64,000 bases of DNA, from positions 18,972,001-19,036,000 of the forward strand of contig CM022670.1 in assembly GCA_012295275.1 (NCBI GenBank). Direction: 5' to 3'. The DNA comes from Chrysomallon squamiferum. Its lineage: Eukaryota; Animalia; Mollusca. The notes under the pieces were generated by a model. The model was not told the DNA's origin and searched no databases. It saw only the letters and a list, made by a program, of their open reading frames with translations. Of this stretch, positions 11,629 through 26,845 are shown one piece after another (positions within the stretch are counted from its first letter, which is position 1; every line of letters begins with the position of its first letter). The position numbers were made by a program, and so were the translations under genes.

Positions 11629-14600
11629 CTGCAAAGAAAAATAGCTAATTAATTAACTAAAATTAAAAGTCTGATAATGAACAATAAATTCTTGAAAGAT
11701 TGCCGTTTAACATTTTAATTATAATTATACCATGATTATATAAAAGGCTTGTTTTAATTGTAGTTGTACTATGACCAACTATACTTCATTTTCATATTTA
11801 TATTTTACTGTCAATATTTTACTTCTAAGTCTTTCTGTCTTTCTGTCTAAATGCACACACACACACAACACAACACCAAGAATGAACATAAGTATATAAA
11901 TATATAGTTAGAAACTATTAATAGATATTGATAGTCAAAGATTATATTTATCTCACACAATTATTCATTCATCATTATCACTAGGACTTAATTTAATTTA
12001 AAAAAAAAAAAAAACAATTTCTTCAGTTTGCCCCCAGTGAAAAAAACAACAACAAAAATACAAAAAACCCAACTCTGCCCTGTCTATTCTTAGCAAATCA
12101 GAAATGATCGAGACATGTTATATATTTGTTTTAATATTGTAATTTACAAAACACAAAATACAAAGTTATCATCAATATTAATGTTCAGTTTGCCGACAAT
12201 TTGTATTTTTATTTATTATATTTTTTTGCTTTCACATAAACCGAAATATGCGAGCTGAAACCCAGCATGATTTGACAAACAATGTCAATAATTATGACCA
12301 TGTTGATGGACAGCAGAGAATGTCTAGCCTTGGGCCAAACAGAATTAATATGGTTTGTTGATCTCTTTGTATCCTGGTTCAAAAACCAAGGCAGGACTAG
12401 TACTGGAACCAACCAGTACAAAACAACATCAAATGGAACATCAATCATTTGCCCAACATATATCCATGGTAACAAGACCAATTATGCACACTGGGATCAA
12501 CAATGCTAATAACCATAAGACAAAGTCTGGAATCACTGTATATTAGATCAGTTACTAAAAACATTGTTATTACACAAATTAAATGAGAGACTAAGAGAGA
12601 AACAATGAGTTGGAGTAAATCATTATTTTTCCAGTAGCATTTCCACTTCAGAAATAAATGTAATTATACAATTGGGATTAAAAAATTATTTCTAATGTCT
12701 TTAAAGACAGAGACTATATTTATTGATTGTATAATATTGTGTGCACATGTATTATTGTATATATTGTATATATATCACTGTATTGTCTGTGTGTGTGTGT
12801 GTGTGTGCGTGCATGTAGCTATATTAACATATACAGAAACACACACAAACAAACATCAACAGAAAGATGTCAATTCAACAAAAGCCCTTAGGAAATTTAT
12901 GACAAAATATTTCAGGAATGAGGTTATCTGAAACAGTGAAACACAATAACTTAAATTAATGTAAGAAATTATTTTCTACATCCACATACTTTGTAAATTA
13001 TCTAAATATCTCTTAGCAGGAAAAACATTTTGAGTAAATATATGTGTAATAATTATGTGAGCTTTTTGCTTATACTGATTGTTATTGGAATAATGTTTGA
13101 ATGAAATATCATTAATTTTATAAGAAACTCATTTTCAAGGAAGAAAAAAAAAAAGGCTTTATCTTTCAAATAATAAATTTATACAAAGTAAAAAACTGAA
13201 ACAATAAGACTGACAATCTTTAAAAAGCAAAATGACAGTTACATGACTAAATCTATATATATTTTCTTGTTTATCTGCATCAGGTTCAATTCTAAAACAG
13301 TTCATACATATTCATGTGTGTAAGCTATACGAAGGTCATTTCTCAATTTATGTATATTCATATATGTAAATAATATGAAGGTAAATTTTCTATTTATTTT
13401 TTTTGGAAAATTACATATTCAAATGTTTTGGATTTTACTGCCAAACTGTTTATTTAAGATAAGACTTCCAATAAGCTTTGATGTTGAAAGATCGTATTAA
13501 AAAACAGACACAAATCTTTGAATCTGTATTAAATTTTTATTGAAATGTCTATATTTTGATTAAGAATCCTGAATACTGATATTGATAACAAATCTGTCAA
13601 CAACCATGACAATAGTCTTAAATATGTGTTTGTTTTATGAGTTAGGAACTTAATTCCATCAACAAGAATAAACCCATTCATATTAACATGAGGTCTATTG
13701 GTGCACTAAAATGAAAATGAAATCACATTTTTCACTATGATGCAACAAAAACTCCTTCACGTCATCAGAAATAGTCATTAAAAAGCTATTAGTCAACTAA
13801 ACTATTTTCCTAAGATACAGACATGTTATGTTGCCTGATCAATAAATAGAAATACTGTTTGCAGACACTGTGCAGATTTAATTAAATAAAAAATGTATTT
13901 GTCTTTGTTATACACAGTTGAAGACTATCAGAAGAAGTATGTTTATACACCAGCAGTTGTCTGAACAAATGAATTTAATGACATTTTTAAAAACTTTAAT
14001 ACTTAATTTATTTTTATTATTATTATTTTTTAAATTATTTATTACGATATTTAATTGTAAATCAAATTTTTTATTGTCATTCTTTTTAAACATTTAATTA
14101 TTTTTTGCTTTATTATTTTTTTTTTCTTTGTTGTTGTTTGTAAGCTGTACAATACTTTTATTATAATAATTTGATTACATAATTATATATTTAAACTATA
14201 ACAAATTAATTTTTATTTTCAATTAATGTTTGTTAATCAAAATTAATAATTATATAGAACTTTGTGTTATATCAATCCACTGTTTATTTCTACAATTTAG
14301 AAATATTATTTTTATTATAATTATTTAATTTATATACTATTTGGTATAAAATACTGAATTAAATTTATAATAATAATAAAAATTAAACAACACCAAGAGA
14401 CAAACATGACATGATTAAATTTGGGGAAAAAGCTCAGAAGTCTTTGCTAGGATATGGGCAAATGTTTTAGCATGCTTCATTCAGAAAACTATTTAAGCAC
14501 ACCAGTAATGGATAAAACATCAGACACTGCAAGAGTTCTGCCTGTAACAGGCAGCAATCTGTAAGTGCAGACCAATCTCTGAAAACATGATATCAATATT

Positions 14601-17600
14601 CCTAGCTTGGTCTCATCCAAAAGTCCACATTCTGAAGTGAGAAGGGAGATATGCTTAATTGGACTATATTGATACTGTATTTGTGATAACGAAGGTAATT
14701 ACAGAGCAGCAGGTGGCTTTCCTCATTTACCAAAGCTGCCTGCATACTGAGTGAAGAAAAACAGATAAAAACTCTCCACCGATTAGCAGACCATATTTTG
14801 CTGCACAAACATCCATGCCCAATGATAAAATCCACAACAGTGTTTCCCCCCAGGGCTTTAGCTTTTCTAAGATTAGCTTACTGCTGCCATGACCTTAGGT
14901 CAGGTTGCTATTAATAGTCACAGAAAAGAAGAAATTCAAAACTAATAAAATGACTTCTTGTCTCAACAGGGTTTAGGTTCCTGGAAGAACTAACAAAACA
15001 TAAAGCTCCTTTATGCATTTTTTTTCTTTTTATATTTTTGTTGCTTTCTGTTTCCTCTTTGTTTTTACTTTCTGTTTTTCCTTTTTTTTTTTTCTTTTTT
15101 TTCTTTCAACATCAGAATTATCAAAACATCTTTATTTACAGATTTCTGGTTTTGCTATTCATATCTTTTGGCAGTTTTCAGTTAGTGGATGAAAATACAT
15201 AGCATATTTAGAAAAGGAAGACTTATGTGTTGTAACTATTTGTATTTCTTCCAGTCATATTAATCAGCTTCATTTTGCTAAGTATTTCTTCCCCCCTCCC
15301 ACAGCTTACTAAGAAATAAGTCAACTCAATTTACTTGTTTTATTACCTGTACAGAAACTAATGCATGTAAGTGAAAAAAACAATTTTTACAAAAAACTTT
15401 AGCATGAATAAGTCAATTTGATCTTAATACTTTAATAGCCTAGTGCAATTATGCATCTCTTTCTTTGAGACTAACAACAAAGTAATGTCAAATTTATTAA
15501 TGACGCAAACTGAATTTAATTTATATAACAAAGTAAAAAAAAAATGTATGAAACAATATAAATTTATATTACAATATAATATAAAGTTGTGAGGGAATTG
15601 TCAGAAATATTCTTACTAAAATATTTATGTCTTTTTAATGAAAAACATGTTATAACCTGCTGCTGTCATATAATCCTGTTCTTTTCAAATTACAGAAGAT
15701 CATTATACAAAAATTACCCATTTCCAATGAAGTTTCAAAGTCAAAGATCATGGACATAAACTCTGATGTTAGCCAATACTAAGCTTCTGACAAATAGGGA
15801 AAGAAAAAACACCTCAGAATAAAATGAAATGTTCTAGTGAATGAATAATGACTTTGATAAGAGCTAAATATTGTTTGTTTGAACAAGAACCAGAGCTACT
15901 AATTCTTATTCAGTAGATCTGTATGACGAAACCAAGCACACCACTTTAAGTGAACAGACCACTGTGAAGCTCATAGTACTTTTTCAGCAGATGATCTTAT
16001 CATTAGTAACTGAAAGAAGATATTCCAGTATGAAAACTGATCAAATACAGTAAAATCACCTTAGTGGGAAAGTAAAATACCATTGTCCTAACTATTTTAC
16101 CTAGTGTTTAGCCTGCCATTAAAAATACTAACTACTCACATGACAACACTAAAGTGCCCATTTCTGTAAGTATTTAAATATTCTTTATTACTTCCTACAG
16201 ACCAGAAATAATGAATAGTTATTTAAATTAGAATTGTAAAAACAGTGGTAAATAACATTCAAATTATCATTCCAACTGCAAACAATGTTAACAAGGTTTT
16301 TCGGACCAGAACAAACAATAATTCATCCAGCAAATGTTAGACAAACAATTTGATGAATTAAATGTCAATATCAGCACTTACTAGTTAAAAACAAGATTAC
16401 TGATCTGAAGAGAAAAAAAATAATAAAAAATTAAGACGTGATTAGGATAAAAACAAATCATGGATAAATGTGGATGAATGTAAATCTGGTAGAAATACAT
16501 TAATGTATTTATACAGATAAAAAGAGAAATCATTTTAAAAGTTTACATTTGTTCCAGTGGTATTAAAGCCTAACTCAACAGACATATTTAAAGCTACTAA
16601 ATCCATTCTTGAATGTGATTTGTCTACTTCACAGCACCTAATTTTAATATGTTAAAATTTGTTTAACCCATCCAGCTCATACTCAGTAAAGCTTATAAAG
16701 CAATTATTGGTCAGTGCAGCTGTATCTAACAAAACATGCCAGCAATACTGCCTAAAGCTTACCATTACCACCTTTCAACTGACACTCAAAAGATGAGCTA
16801 CAAAGTAATGAAGCTAATGCAGCTTTAAAGTTCTGACATGAAATCGAATCATCTTGTACCTTTACCTCAGGACACTGGTATGTACCTGAAGAATTAGAGT
16901 GTTTGTTTTTCAAGTTTATATTTACTTTTGCTGTCCAGCAGAAACCCTGGCAATAAACCAAAGCTCAGCTGGACGAAAAGTGAGATGCCAAGTATGGTGG
17001 ATGTTATTAAGAAAATCAAAGATCAATACCAATGAGTGCAGAGTCCAAATTTAGCGCCTTTTAACTGTTTCAGCAAGTAGATAGTTGTGGCAATATATTT
17101 CATGAAGAGTATCACAGGAGAACAGCCGGCTAATCACTGGTCTGAGACAAACAGTGTCTGAGTGCTAATTCATGTAAAATAATGGGAAAGTTTTCCTCCA
17201 TTAACTTACAGGCCAGGGTTACATGCCTAACTAGTTTCTTATAAAGACATGACAACTTGTAACTCTGACATAATTCAGTACTAGCGAAAACATTTTGTTG
17301 GAAAGGAAATCACTGTTTCTGTGTGTCTGTGGTTAAATAATCATAAATAAACAGCTCATTATTCTTAAATAATAAAATGATGCATAAATTTTAAATTTGT
17401 GTAAGCAGACTGTATAAAAGAAACAGAAAAGACTGACTCTTTATAATTACCAAAGTGTGAAAGGATGAAAATTTAGTCTGAAACAGTAATAATTTTTTAA
17501 AAATATTTAAAAAACCAGAATCATGCAGTATCATTTACAATACATTTTATGCAGTTACTTCATATATTCCAAGGCCATTTTTCTAGTGATATTTTTATTG

Positions 17601-18339
17601 ATGTAATTTAGCAAATCATGCTGAACAAGGAAATCTGATCAAGGCTTAGTTGAGGACAAACAGATCTGGTGTTTTGTTTGAACAGCTTAAAATGTCTTTT
17701 GAACTAGTTTGTTTATTTTATGATTAACCTACTTCACTATTTACGACCAATTTGATTCCAAGGTCTGATAATGTATAATACATCTGACATAGAAAAGATA
17801 CTACAATCAGGAACATTTCTTTTTGAAAAATGTCAAAATACAATGGTTCATTAGCAGCAGCTGTTTTTTTCCCATGCAATTCTTATTAGTAACCAGACCT
17901 GAAAGAAAAGATACAGAAATGGTTGCATAAAGCAAATGACATGGATTGCCAAATCAGAACAGATAAAAACATCAGTTTTGTTCAATATTTACAGATCATG
18001 CTAAAAATGCTCCGTGACTGGATAAATGAATTAGTGAAATTGCTGATGAACTAAATATTATGGCATAATAAGCCTCTGTTAAATAATAATAATAATAACA
18101 ACAATAATAACAATATCTGTTCAAAATCTTTAATGTCAGTATACTCTATTGGCAGCAGTGGTTTCTTTTATTAGTTATTTCACTCATACAGAACACTTGG
18201 TCAGTCATCAGTTTCCTATAAACAAATGTTTTTCTATGTGCAAATATAATTTAAAAAATACTTTATCTCATTCCCATAAGTTCAATATGATTTAACTGAA
18301 GTAGTATTTTAATAACAATAAATAATAATAATTTATTAT

Positions 18340-18371
<32 letters not shown>

Positions 18372-21300
18372 TTTTAATCAGTAATTTATAAATAGTTATA
18401 CAGAGAGGAAAGCTTTCATATCCAATGTGTTAATATCAAGACAAGACTGTTCTGCTTTCTGTGAAACTGAAGATCTTCAATCATTAAAAGACCATGTTTC
18501 AAAGTTGAGATTATTTTTTGAGAAAAACAAAAATATAATAAACTCAGCAAAAGAAAAAACCCATTAAACACTGATTGAAGACGTGTAACAAATCAGTTAC
18601 AGTTTCCACTTTCTTCACAACTGAAATTCCCCTGACAATAACATGGAATTTCTGCTGTTTACTGACAAACATAATGATTCACTGCCTGAGGCACTCAATA
18701 TTTTATGTTGTTGTTTTTGTTTTTATTCTGCTATATCAACTGAAAATTCATACTATAAAGAGCCAGTATTTATAGAAGCAAAAAAAAAAAAAAAAAAATG
18801 TATACATAATAATAATTGTAATAATAATAATATGAATAAATCAATAAATATATACAGTAATAATAATAAATCAATAAAAAAAAAATAAAAAATATAATTT
18901 AATTTAATAAATGTATAATAAATTAAAAAAATTTATTAACAAATTAATAAAAAAATTTTTAATCATTATTTTTCTAATTTTAAATCTTTCATCTATTTTA
19001 TTGTATACAGAATAGGTAATCAATATTTAATAAAAGGAATCAAATGTTTCTGGAACTCTACTTACATATTGATCATTTTATAGAGAATGTTTGCAATATA
19101 GCTGAATCAATGCAATATAAAATATTTTCTTTTATAAATTACACTTCAACTCAACAACCTAATTCCGTCAAACTGATGTAAAAATGAAGGAGAGAAAAAT
19201 TATAATTAAAAAATGTCATAGATCAAAACTGGTCTTGGATTTTCCACCTAAACTGTCAACTTTTATTTTTTCTACAGATAAAAGTAATCAAGTCTGACAT
19301 ACGCTGTAAATGGTTGATTTAAAATAGCTGTGAGAGATCACTGACTGAAACAGTTAACGTTAAGAATGAATTTTTAGGTGTTTGTTTTTTTGTTTTATTT
19401 TAGAAACGTAATAACATCCTTTTTTTAAAAAAAAAAAAAAAAAATAATAATAATAATAATAATAATTTACTGGCTTAAACACCAATTTACATCTGTAAAT
19501 TTAGGAAGTTACATCTTTACCAATAAACATATAATCATATAAACAGTAGTAAGTTATAGGCGATTTTTTCTTTCTTTCTGTTTATAGAGCAATTTATTTT
19601 ATTTTATTCTATTTAGAGTTCATTTATTTAGTGACAAATAAAAAAAATATATATTTATTACAATTATTATTATTATTTTTATTTATTTATTGTTTTTAAA
19701 TAAACTATTATGCAGTAGTAAAATTGAGAAACATCCACTTTAAATTCCTAACAGCTGAATTCAGTTTTAAACTTTGAACAAAGAACAACAAAATCAAAAA
19801 CAGGAAATGTCAAAACTTGAAAATCAAATCTGTTAAGTCTGCATAAGTCATTGAATTTGTTCAGAATCTAGTATATATTAGTTTCTTATGCAGAACGATT
19901 ATGTAATAACTGTCACAAAGTCAACAAAAATCATCAAAATAATTTTGTAAAGTGATTCCATTTGGTTCTGTTAAAGCTTTGAAAATAAATATCAAATAGA
20001 TACATTACAGCTTAACCAAACAAGGACATTTTGAAAAGCAACATCATCAAGAACATCATGAAGAGAAAGAAAAAATAAAAAATAAAAAATAAAAAATAAC
20101 ATCCCAAAACAGCTGTTGTTACTATTACTCTTATGTTAATGTGCCTTCAGGCATTTTATCTTTTATACATATTTGTAACAGAATTAACCATCTGCGTTCA
20201 AGCCTGGAAATACTTTACTGGGCCATACATGTATAAACACATACATCTGACAAACTACAGCACACATAAATCATTTCCCCCCTCCCTTTGATTAGTCTTT
20301 TATTTATACCAGTGTTACCTATCTGCATTATTAAGGTGACTTGTATAAGGTAATAATCTAGCACATAGCTGCCAAGGTTTCAAACTACAATCCAAGAAGA
20401 TGCCAGAATTTGTTTATCAGTTTTGTGTTTTTATTTGGCATACAAGTAAACTGATCTCTTAGTACTGCCATGTGAGTGTCACAGGTTATACTAACTGTTA
20501 TGTCAGAAATATACATCACAGTACTCCAATACATACCTTTAAAGAAATCTGGTTTCAGTTGTAATTTCCTTTTTATTGACTTGTTTTTTCTTCTTTTTTT
20601 TCAACTTAATAATTTATACTGATATGTTTTTTGAATACCCTTATGTTTTTATTATTATAACTTATATTTTCAATGATGGTGACCACAATTTTGTTCTCAT
20701 AAAATTTATAAAGATAAGAAGAATAAGTTAAATGATAATTCAAGAGACATTTTCCATTTTTTATGGCCAACAAAACAAATGAGATAATTTAAACCTAAAA
20801 AAAATAAAAATAAAAATAAAAACATAATAAAATTCAATACATCACAAATTTATATAATTTAATTATTAAATTTAGTTTTACTTTTATTCCTGAGATAACA
20901 ATAAAATGATATCTCCAACATCAATTTTACTGCTTTTTTAGGAATCAAAACTGGTTAGTCCTTTTTAAGTTTTGACTTATGACTGTTTTGTTTTATCTTC
21001 AGCAGAAAACTGATTATTGGCAAAAAGTCAGGTTATTATGCAGGTTTTTTTTCTTTTTTCCTTCTCCTTTCTAACCAGAAAAAACAATTTCTAGTTGTCA
21101 CAGAAGAAAAATCTTGGTAAATCCAGTTGTTTCAATTTAAGTATATACCCTCTATTTTTTTGTCAATCATTGATTTTTTCTTATTATTATTTCATAAGTT
21201 ATGACAGTATACCCCGTTTTCTGAAATTATAGATCTGCCTCTGAGAATTACAACATTTTGTTGGGTTCTGTTAAGCTAATCAAGCTGCTAAGAATAAATA

Positions 21301-22549
21301 TCTGGATGGTAAACAAGTGTGTAAGTGAACCCAGTTTAACAGTTACCTCTCTGCCTGTAACATGCTACAACAGTGAACATTTTACATGCATCAGTTAACA
21401 ATATTTGTATGTGCATGTGTCTTTTTGCATGTATATAAATGTAGGTTTGTCCAAGCTGCTGAATTATTTTCTAACCTACATGAAATATAAAATAAACTTC
21501 AAACAATGGTTTATTGCTCTTTTTGTTAATGTTTCTAAGATGACTATGCACTTTCAGTGATTATTTACAGCAAATTTCACTGTGATGGTAACTATGTTTC
21601 CTTCTGCAGACAAGAAGATTAGTCTTCTCACCTTGTTTCACTGGTTCTAAACATCTGTGACACATTGTTCTGTGTTCAAGCCTGTTGCGTGAAACATAAA
21701 AATCTGTCAAGTGAGATAAATGTGGAATTCTATAATAACAACTGAAACATGAATAATGTTTCACTTACACTTTAGACGCTTTTTTTTTTGTTTGGAATGA
21801 GATTTTCAAGGCATGAATTTTGGTTATTGCATAGTTGTTTTACAATTAGAAACCTTTTCATTTTAATTACAATTATTATCATTATTATTATTGTTTGTTT
21901 GTATATGTTAAATCTTCTTCATATCTGTTACAGTAAAACCATATTATAAATAAAAAAATAAAAAATACTCTCAGACAGATGTTTAAAATTAAACAGCAAA
22001 AATAAATAAATAATTTAAATATAAAATGTAGTGTTTATTACAATGATGCAATAGATGAAAGCCATTAATAAACAATAAAACACATTTATGGTACCTTTAT
22101 GTCAGTTTAGTAATGAAATACCAAAGTCAGCTAAGACGAACAATAACTGTCATTTTTCAGATTGCTGATATTAGTTTATTTGGATTTATATTTTTAACTT
22201 TTTCATATGGTCAAGAACGAAAAAACATTAAAGGTCAGTGTGTGCTATTAAAAGTAATTATTATACTGAAAGTAAAAGATATTATGAAAGTAATGAACAA
22301 GTCAAAAGGCCAAGTCCCTTTTAAGTTTTCTTTTAATCATCCTCATTCCTTTGCAAGTTTTAAAATTCCTTCAGAATAGCAACAACAGATATTTAGATTT
22401 ATTTTTACTCTTTTATATAATAACTGGCAATCCATCACTCTTTATTAGATGAATTTCAGGATATATAATGCTTTTGGTATAATGCATCTTAGAATCTCTA
22501 ATTATCAAGATAACATTTTTTACAAGAATGTATATTAAAATACATGAAA

Positions 22550-22589
<40 letters not shown>

Positions 22590-25500
22590 TTTTAAACTAT
22601 GGTTTCATTTTAGAAATAAATTTGTGCAAAATGCTATTATAATGCTCAAATTATTTTGTGTGCATCAGAAAAGTCAGAAAAGCCAGCAATATATTCATGT
22701 TACATAAATAATAATTTTATTACCAAACATTATGTTTCATAATACTAACTGCAAATTATTCAGACAGTTTTTTCATGTTCTTTATGCTATTGCCATCATA
22801 CAAAAACCTAAATATATCTACAGTATTTCTGTGTTCTAGTACTTTCAAATTGTTTTCAGCTATATTTACAAGGGCCATCCAGATAAGAATGGATGGGAAT
22901 GAGTTAATACCTATAAATAAATAAATAAATAAAAACCTTCTAGAATTTCACTCTCATAATTTGGACTATGAATAAAATTAGGTTGTAGCCAGGTTTAAAA
23001 AATAAACAGAAAAAATATATTAATAAAAAATAATAATAATAAAATAGTTTATGCAGAATTTTAGCATGTTGTGTTGTTAACAATGTATCTTATGTCAGCA
23101 ATATAAGAATTATATCCTCTTTTATCATATAAATTTTGGAAAAAATGTCCTTGTGTTATGTGTTGTTGACATTAATATTAAATTTACCTGAATAACAATC
23201 ATGCAAGTGTTACTGCTCTGTCAGAAAATAATATGGTGGCAACACTTGGATTAAATATGGTAATAATAAAAAAATTAAATTAAACATTTAAACATTCAAC
23301 TAAATTTAAAATAAAATAAAATAAAATATATTTAAATGTTGAAATGTAAAAAATGTAAAACAAATTTATGTTTCTTATTTATTTTATTTGAGGGAAAAAG
23401 CAACCATAGAAAGATAAAATGATAAAGAACAGAAATGTTTTTTTGTTCTTGTTTTTTCATGAAATGAAATACATTTTATATTAAATCTCATAAAAAATTA
23501 TTTCTATTATCTAATGCCTTTTTTAATGCTCAGCAGAAATATACCCTAAAATGTCTTCATGATTTAAAATATGAGTTACAATCTACATTTTATTTTTTGC
23601 ACACACATACAGAAACATAATGTCATGAAAAAAAGTCTACTGTTTATTTGTCACTGGTGCTTTTATATGGACCGATATACATATATTTGCATATATAAAA
23701 AAGTAATATAATTTTTAGAAGAATGTGTAACAGAAAACCATATTTCAACATATTTTGAAGAAATTAAAAGCTAAAAAAACATAAAACAAATGCTGCATAA
23801 GTGACTTGGAGATCTATACACCATAGATATATTTAATTTTGCCAAAGATTTATAGTCTAATGATAAAATGTACAATGTACCATTCCCTTTATTCACCAAC
23901 ATGCAAGGTATGAAATCTCAAACTAATGAAAAGCAGAATGAAAACGTAAAACAATAATTATTTTTTGCTCTTCAGAAGTCATTTTGAATATGTATTGGTA
24001 AAAGGATAAGAAAGAAGCATAAAGGGAAGTGAAAAAAATATATATATAAATATACGTATATATAAAAATATTTAAATCTAGTTTAGCAAAAACATGTTTT
24101 ATGTTTTTTGTTTTAAATCTAAAAACCAATCTTCATGTCAAATGGAAATAATAAAAAAAAGAAGGAAATCAATAAATAACATAAAACATGAATTTGTTAT
24201 TGTTATTATTATCTGGGAGTTTTTTGTTGTTTTTTGGAGGAGTTTGGGTGGGGAGTTGTGTATATATGGGGTTTTTTAGGTGTTTTTTAGCATTTTGAAA
24301 TAAATGGATTTTTGTAATTTATATCACCTTAAATTTTGAGCTTTATTTCTATATAAATGAAAAATCTTATTCAAGAACACAACTTAGAAATATTAGTTAA
24401 TAAAAATACTTTAAATTATTCTTACTTCAATAATAAGCATTATCTCGGTATTAAAAACATAATGAAAAAAAAAAAATAATAACAAAAAAATATGATGATA
24501 ACAGAAACTGCACTGGAAAATTTGGTTTATAAAAGTTGTTTAATGAATGCTTCTGTAAGTACTTTAGAGAAAGTAAATCATGTTAGCGTATCAGAAACTT
24601 TTGACAATTCCAAACAATGAAAATGTCTATAAAGAGTTGTGTTGCAAATTTACATTTATATATAGAGAGACAACACAGAAACAGAAAGAGGGGCAAGGTC
24701 TCAGGAAAAAACAGTGGTTTAAGTTTCTAATCAAAGACATAAAATATTACGTTTTTTAAGTGCATGACGGGAATACAACTTTACATTAATGATTTCTGTT
24801 TTAACTGCACTTTATTACAAACTGACTAATGAATGGAAATACTATCTCAGGTGATTCAGTTAGATGGATTTAATGATAAATTGCTCTGCATGAGTATTAA
24901 AATTATATATGATTTTAACATTTAAAAAAAAAATAATAATAAAGAATATATTTTTGCTTTATACATTTACATTTAATAAATGAAATCCTAAACAGTATTT
25001 ATTTTTCTTTTATCTTTTTTTATTTTAAAATAAAATGCTTTATATTTGCAGCTGTTAAAAAATAACAGGGAAGTACATGAAAAAGTGAGCAGCCACTAGA
25101 TATCAAACATAATCAAAGTGACATAAATCTCTGGGGGTTTTGTCAAAAAAATCAATGTGAATGTTTATATTGCATATTATTAAAAGCTTAAAAGCATGTA
25201 ATAACGATGTGTGCTGATATCTGAGATTAGCATTTACTGGAATTTGTTTTTGGAAGTTGTTTTTTTGAAGTTGAATATGAATATAATTATTTTTGTACCT
25301 ACTGCATTTTTTTTTCTTTGTATTCAATATTTCACATTTCCAGTCTCATGTAAATATCCAAACAACACTATCAAATATAATCATATGACCATTTGACCCT
25401 ATCAAACAAAAAATACAAATAAATAAAATTAATTTTTAAAATAATTTAATTCTTTTAAACATTCTAAATCAAAATTATAAAATTTATCTAAGTATCTACA

Positions 25501-26541
25501 TCTTTTCACAACTGATGTTAGTTTTGAAAGCTTTCACAAGATCATGGTTAATTTTAAAAACAGAAAGGCAGCTTATTTTGTACAATCCAGTGAAGGATCT
25601 TAGCATCTAGTGGAATGGTAGGTAAGAAGATTTCTTACCTGATGTCAGTGTTTTATCTTTCTCATTAGCTTAAAAATATTTCCAAAAACATTCCTGTTCT
25701 GCATCTATTTTTCAAACAAAAATAGCATGTGTTTTCTTCTTCTTCTTCATTTTTTTACTCCACTGATCTATTACAAATTCCTTGCATGGCTTAGAAGGGG
25801 TTCAATTTTACTTAAAATTGAGATGTTTTAAGAAAATATTTTTATTTTCAAAATGAAAGTAAAATTAAAATTAAAATCTCACACACACACAAATAAATCA
25901 TGTATGTATGTTAATGGGTTTTTGTAGTTACTATAATAATTTTCAAGCATTAAAAAATTCTGCCATATTGCTGAAGCAAGATACCAACTATCAACTGTTT
26001 TTAGCAGCTATAGCACACTGATTACATTTAGGTTATCAAGCACAGATGATCTAAAAGGAAAACATAATCTGTATAAACTTTTTTTTTTAAATATTAACAT
26101 ATCCTGCTTTTATTTATGTTTATGTACATCCTTGTTTTTCATTGTTTACTTTGTGAAATATTTTCTCATTATATTTTTATATTTATCTATACACATACAT
26201 TTATGATTATAAATGCATGCAAGTAATTCCATACATATAATATACCTTGATGGTATTAAGAATTAGACCATAGTCTGCATACTTCCAAGTTATGTTATGG
26301 TTATTTTTTGCTATGCAATGTTAATTAATAATGAGGTATATCAAGAAAAGGTCAAATATCTTTTTTCTTATACTTCACATGCCATTACATACTGGTTAGA
26401 TCATTTAACTTTGAAGTTTCTTGAAGTCTTGTCACAGAAAAATACACTATCAGTCCATCATATACTCATTGATATCCTGGTCATGGTACTATTGTCATAC
26501 ATTGCTGTGAACAATGGCAGGCTACCCAAAACAGTATAATA

Positions 26542-26845
26542 GCTTGGAAAAATAAAAATATATTATGAGCATTTATTTTTACTTCTACATCACATTTTAA
26601 ACAGACAATAATGCCAAAATGGGCGTATTTCTTTAAACTTTTTTTTTCAGACCATATAAAGCATTTTTCTTTCTTTTCTTTATTATATGAAAAGCTAACA
26701 AATTACTCTCCTGTTCTATTGTAGCTATGAAAGGTTGCACAAAACAGTAAAGTAACTTGGAAATATAAAAAAATTTACGAGACATTTATTTGTAGTGCTA
26801 CAGGTACACTTTAAGCAGACAATAATAATAAAATGAGTTTCTTTA
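26542..26845 (+). repeat. Diverged ~90-bp direct repeat pair in ADCY9 intron 1
   Basis: CTTGGAAA.ATAAAAA...CATTTATTT...CTACA..CAC.TT.AA.CAGACAATAAT..AAAATG at ~26543 and ~26756. Confidence 0.7.

Noticed and set aside
12209-12546. Overlapping 63-90 aa ORFs in intron 1 (possible nested gene)
   Set aside because: No splice-site support or recognisable motif.
17800-17898. Strong minus-strand acceptor followed by 30 open codons in ADCY9 phase
   Set aside because: No good donor before the stop and no AC-like sequence; kept only as a possible recursive site.
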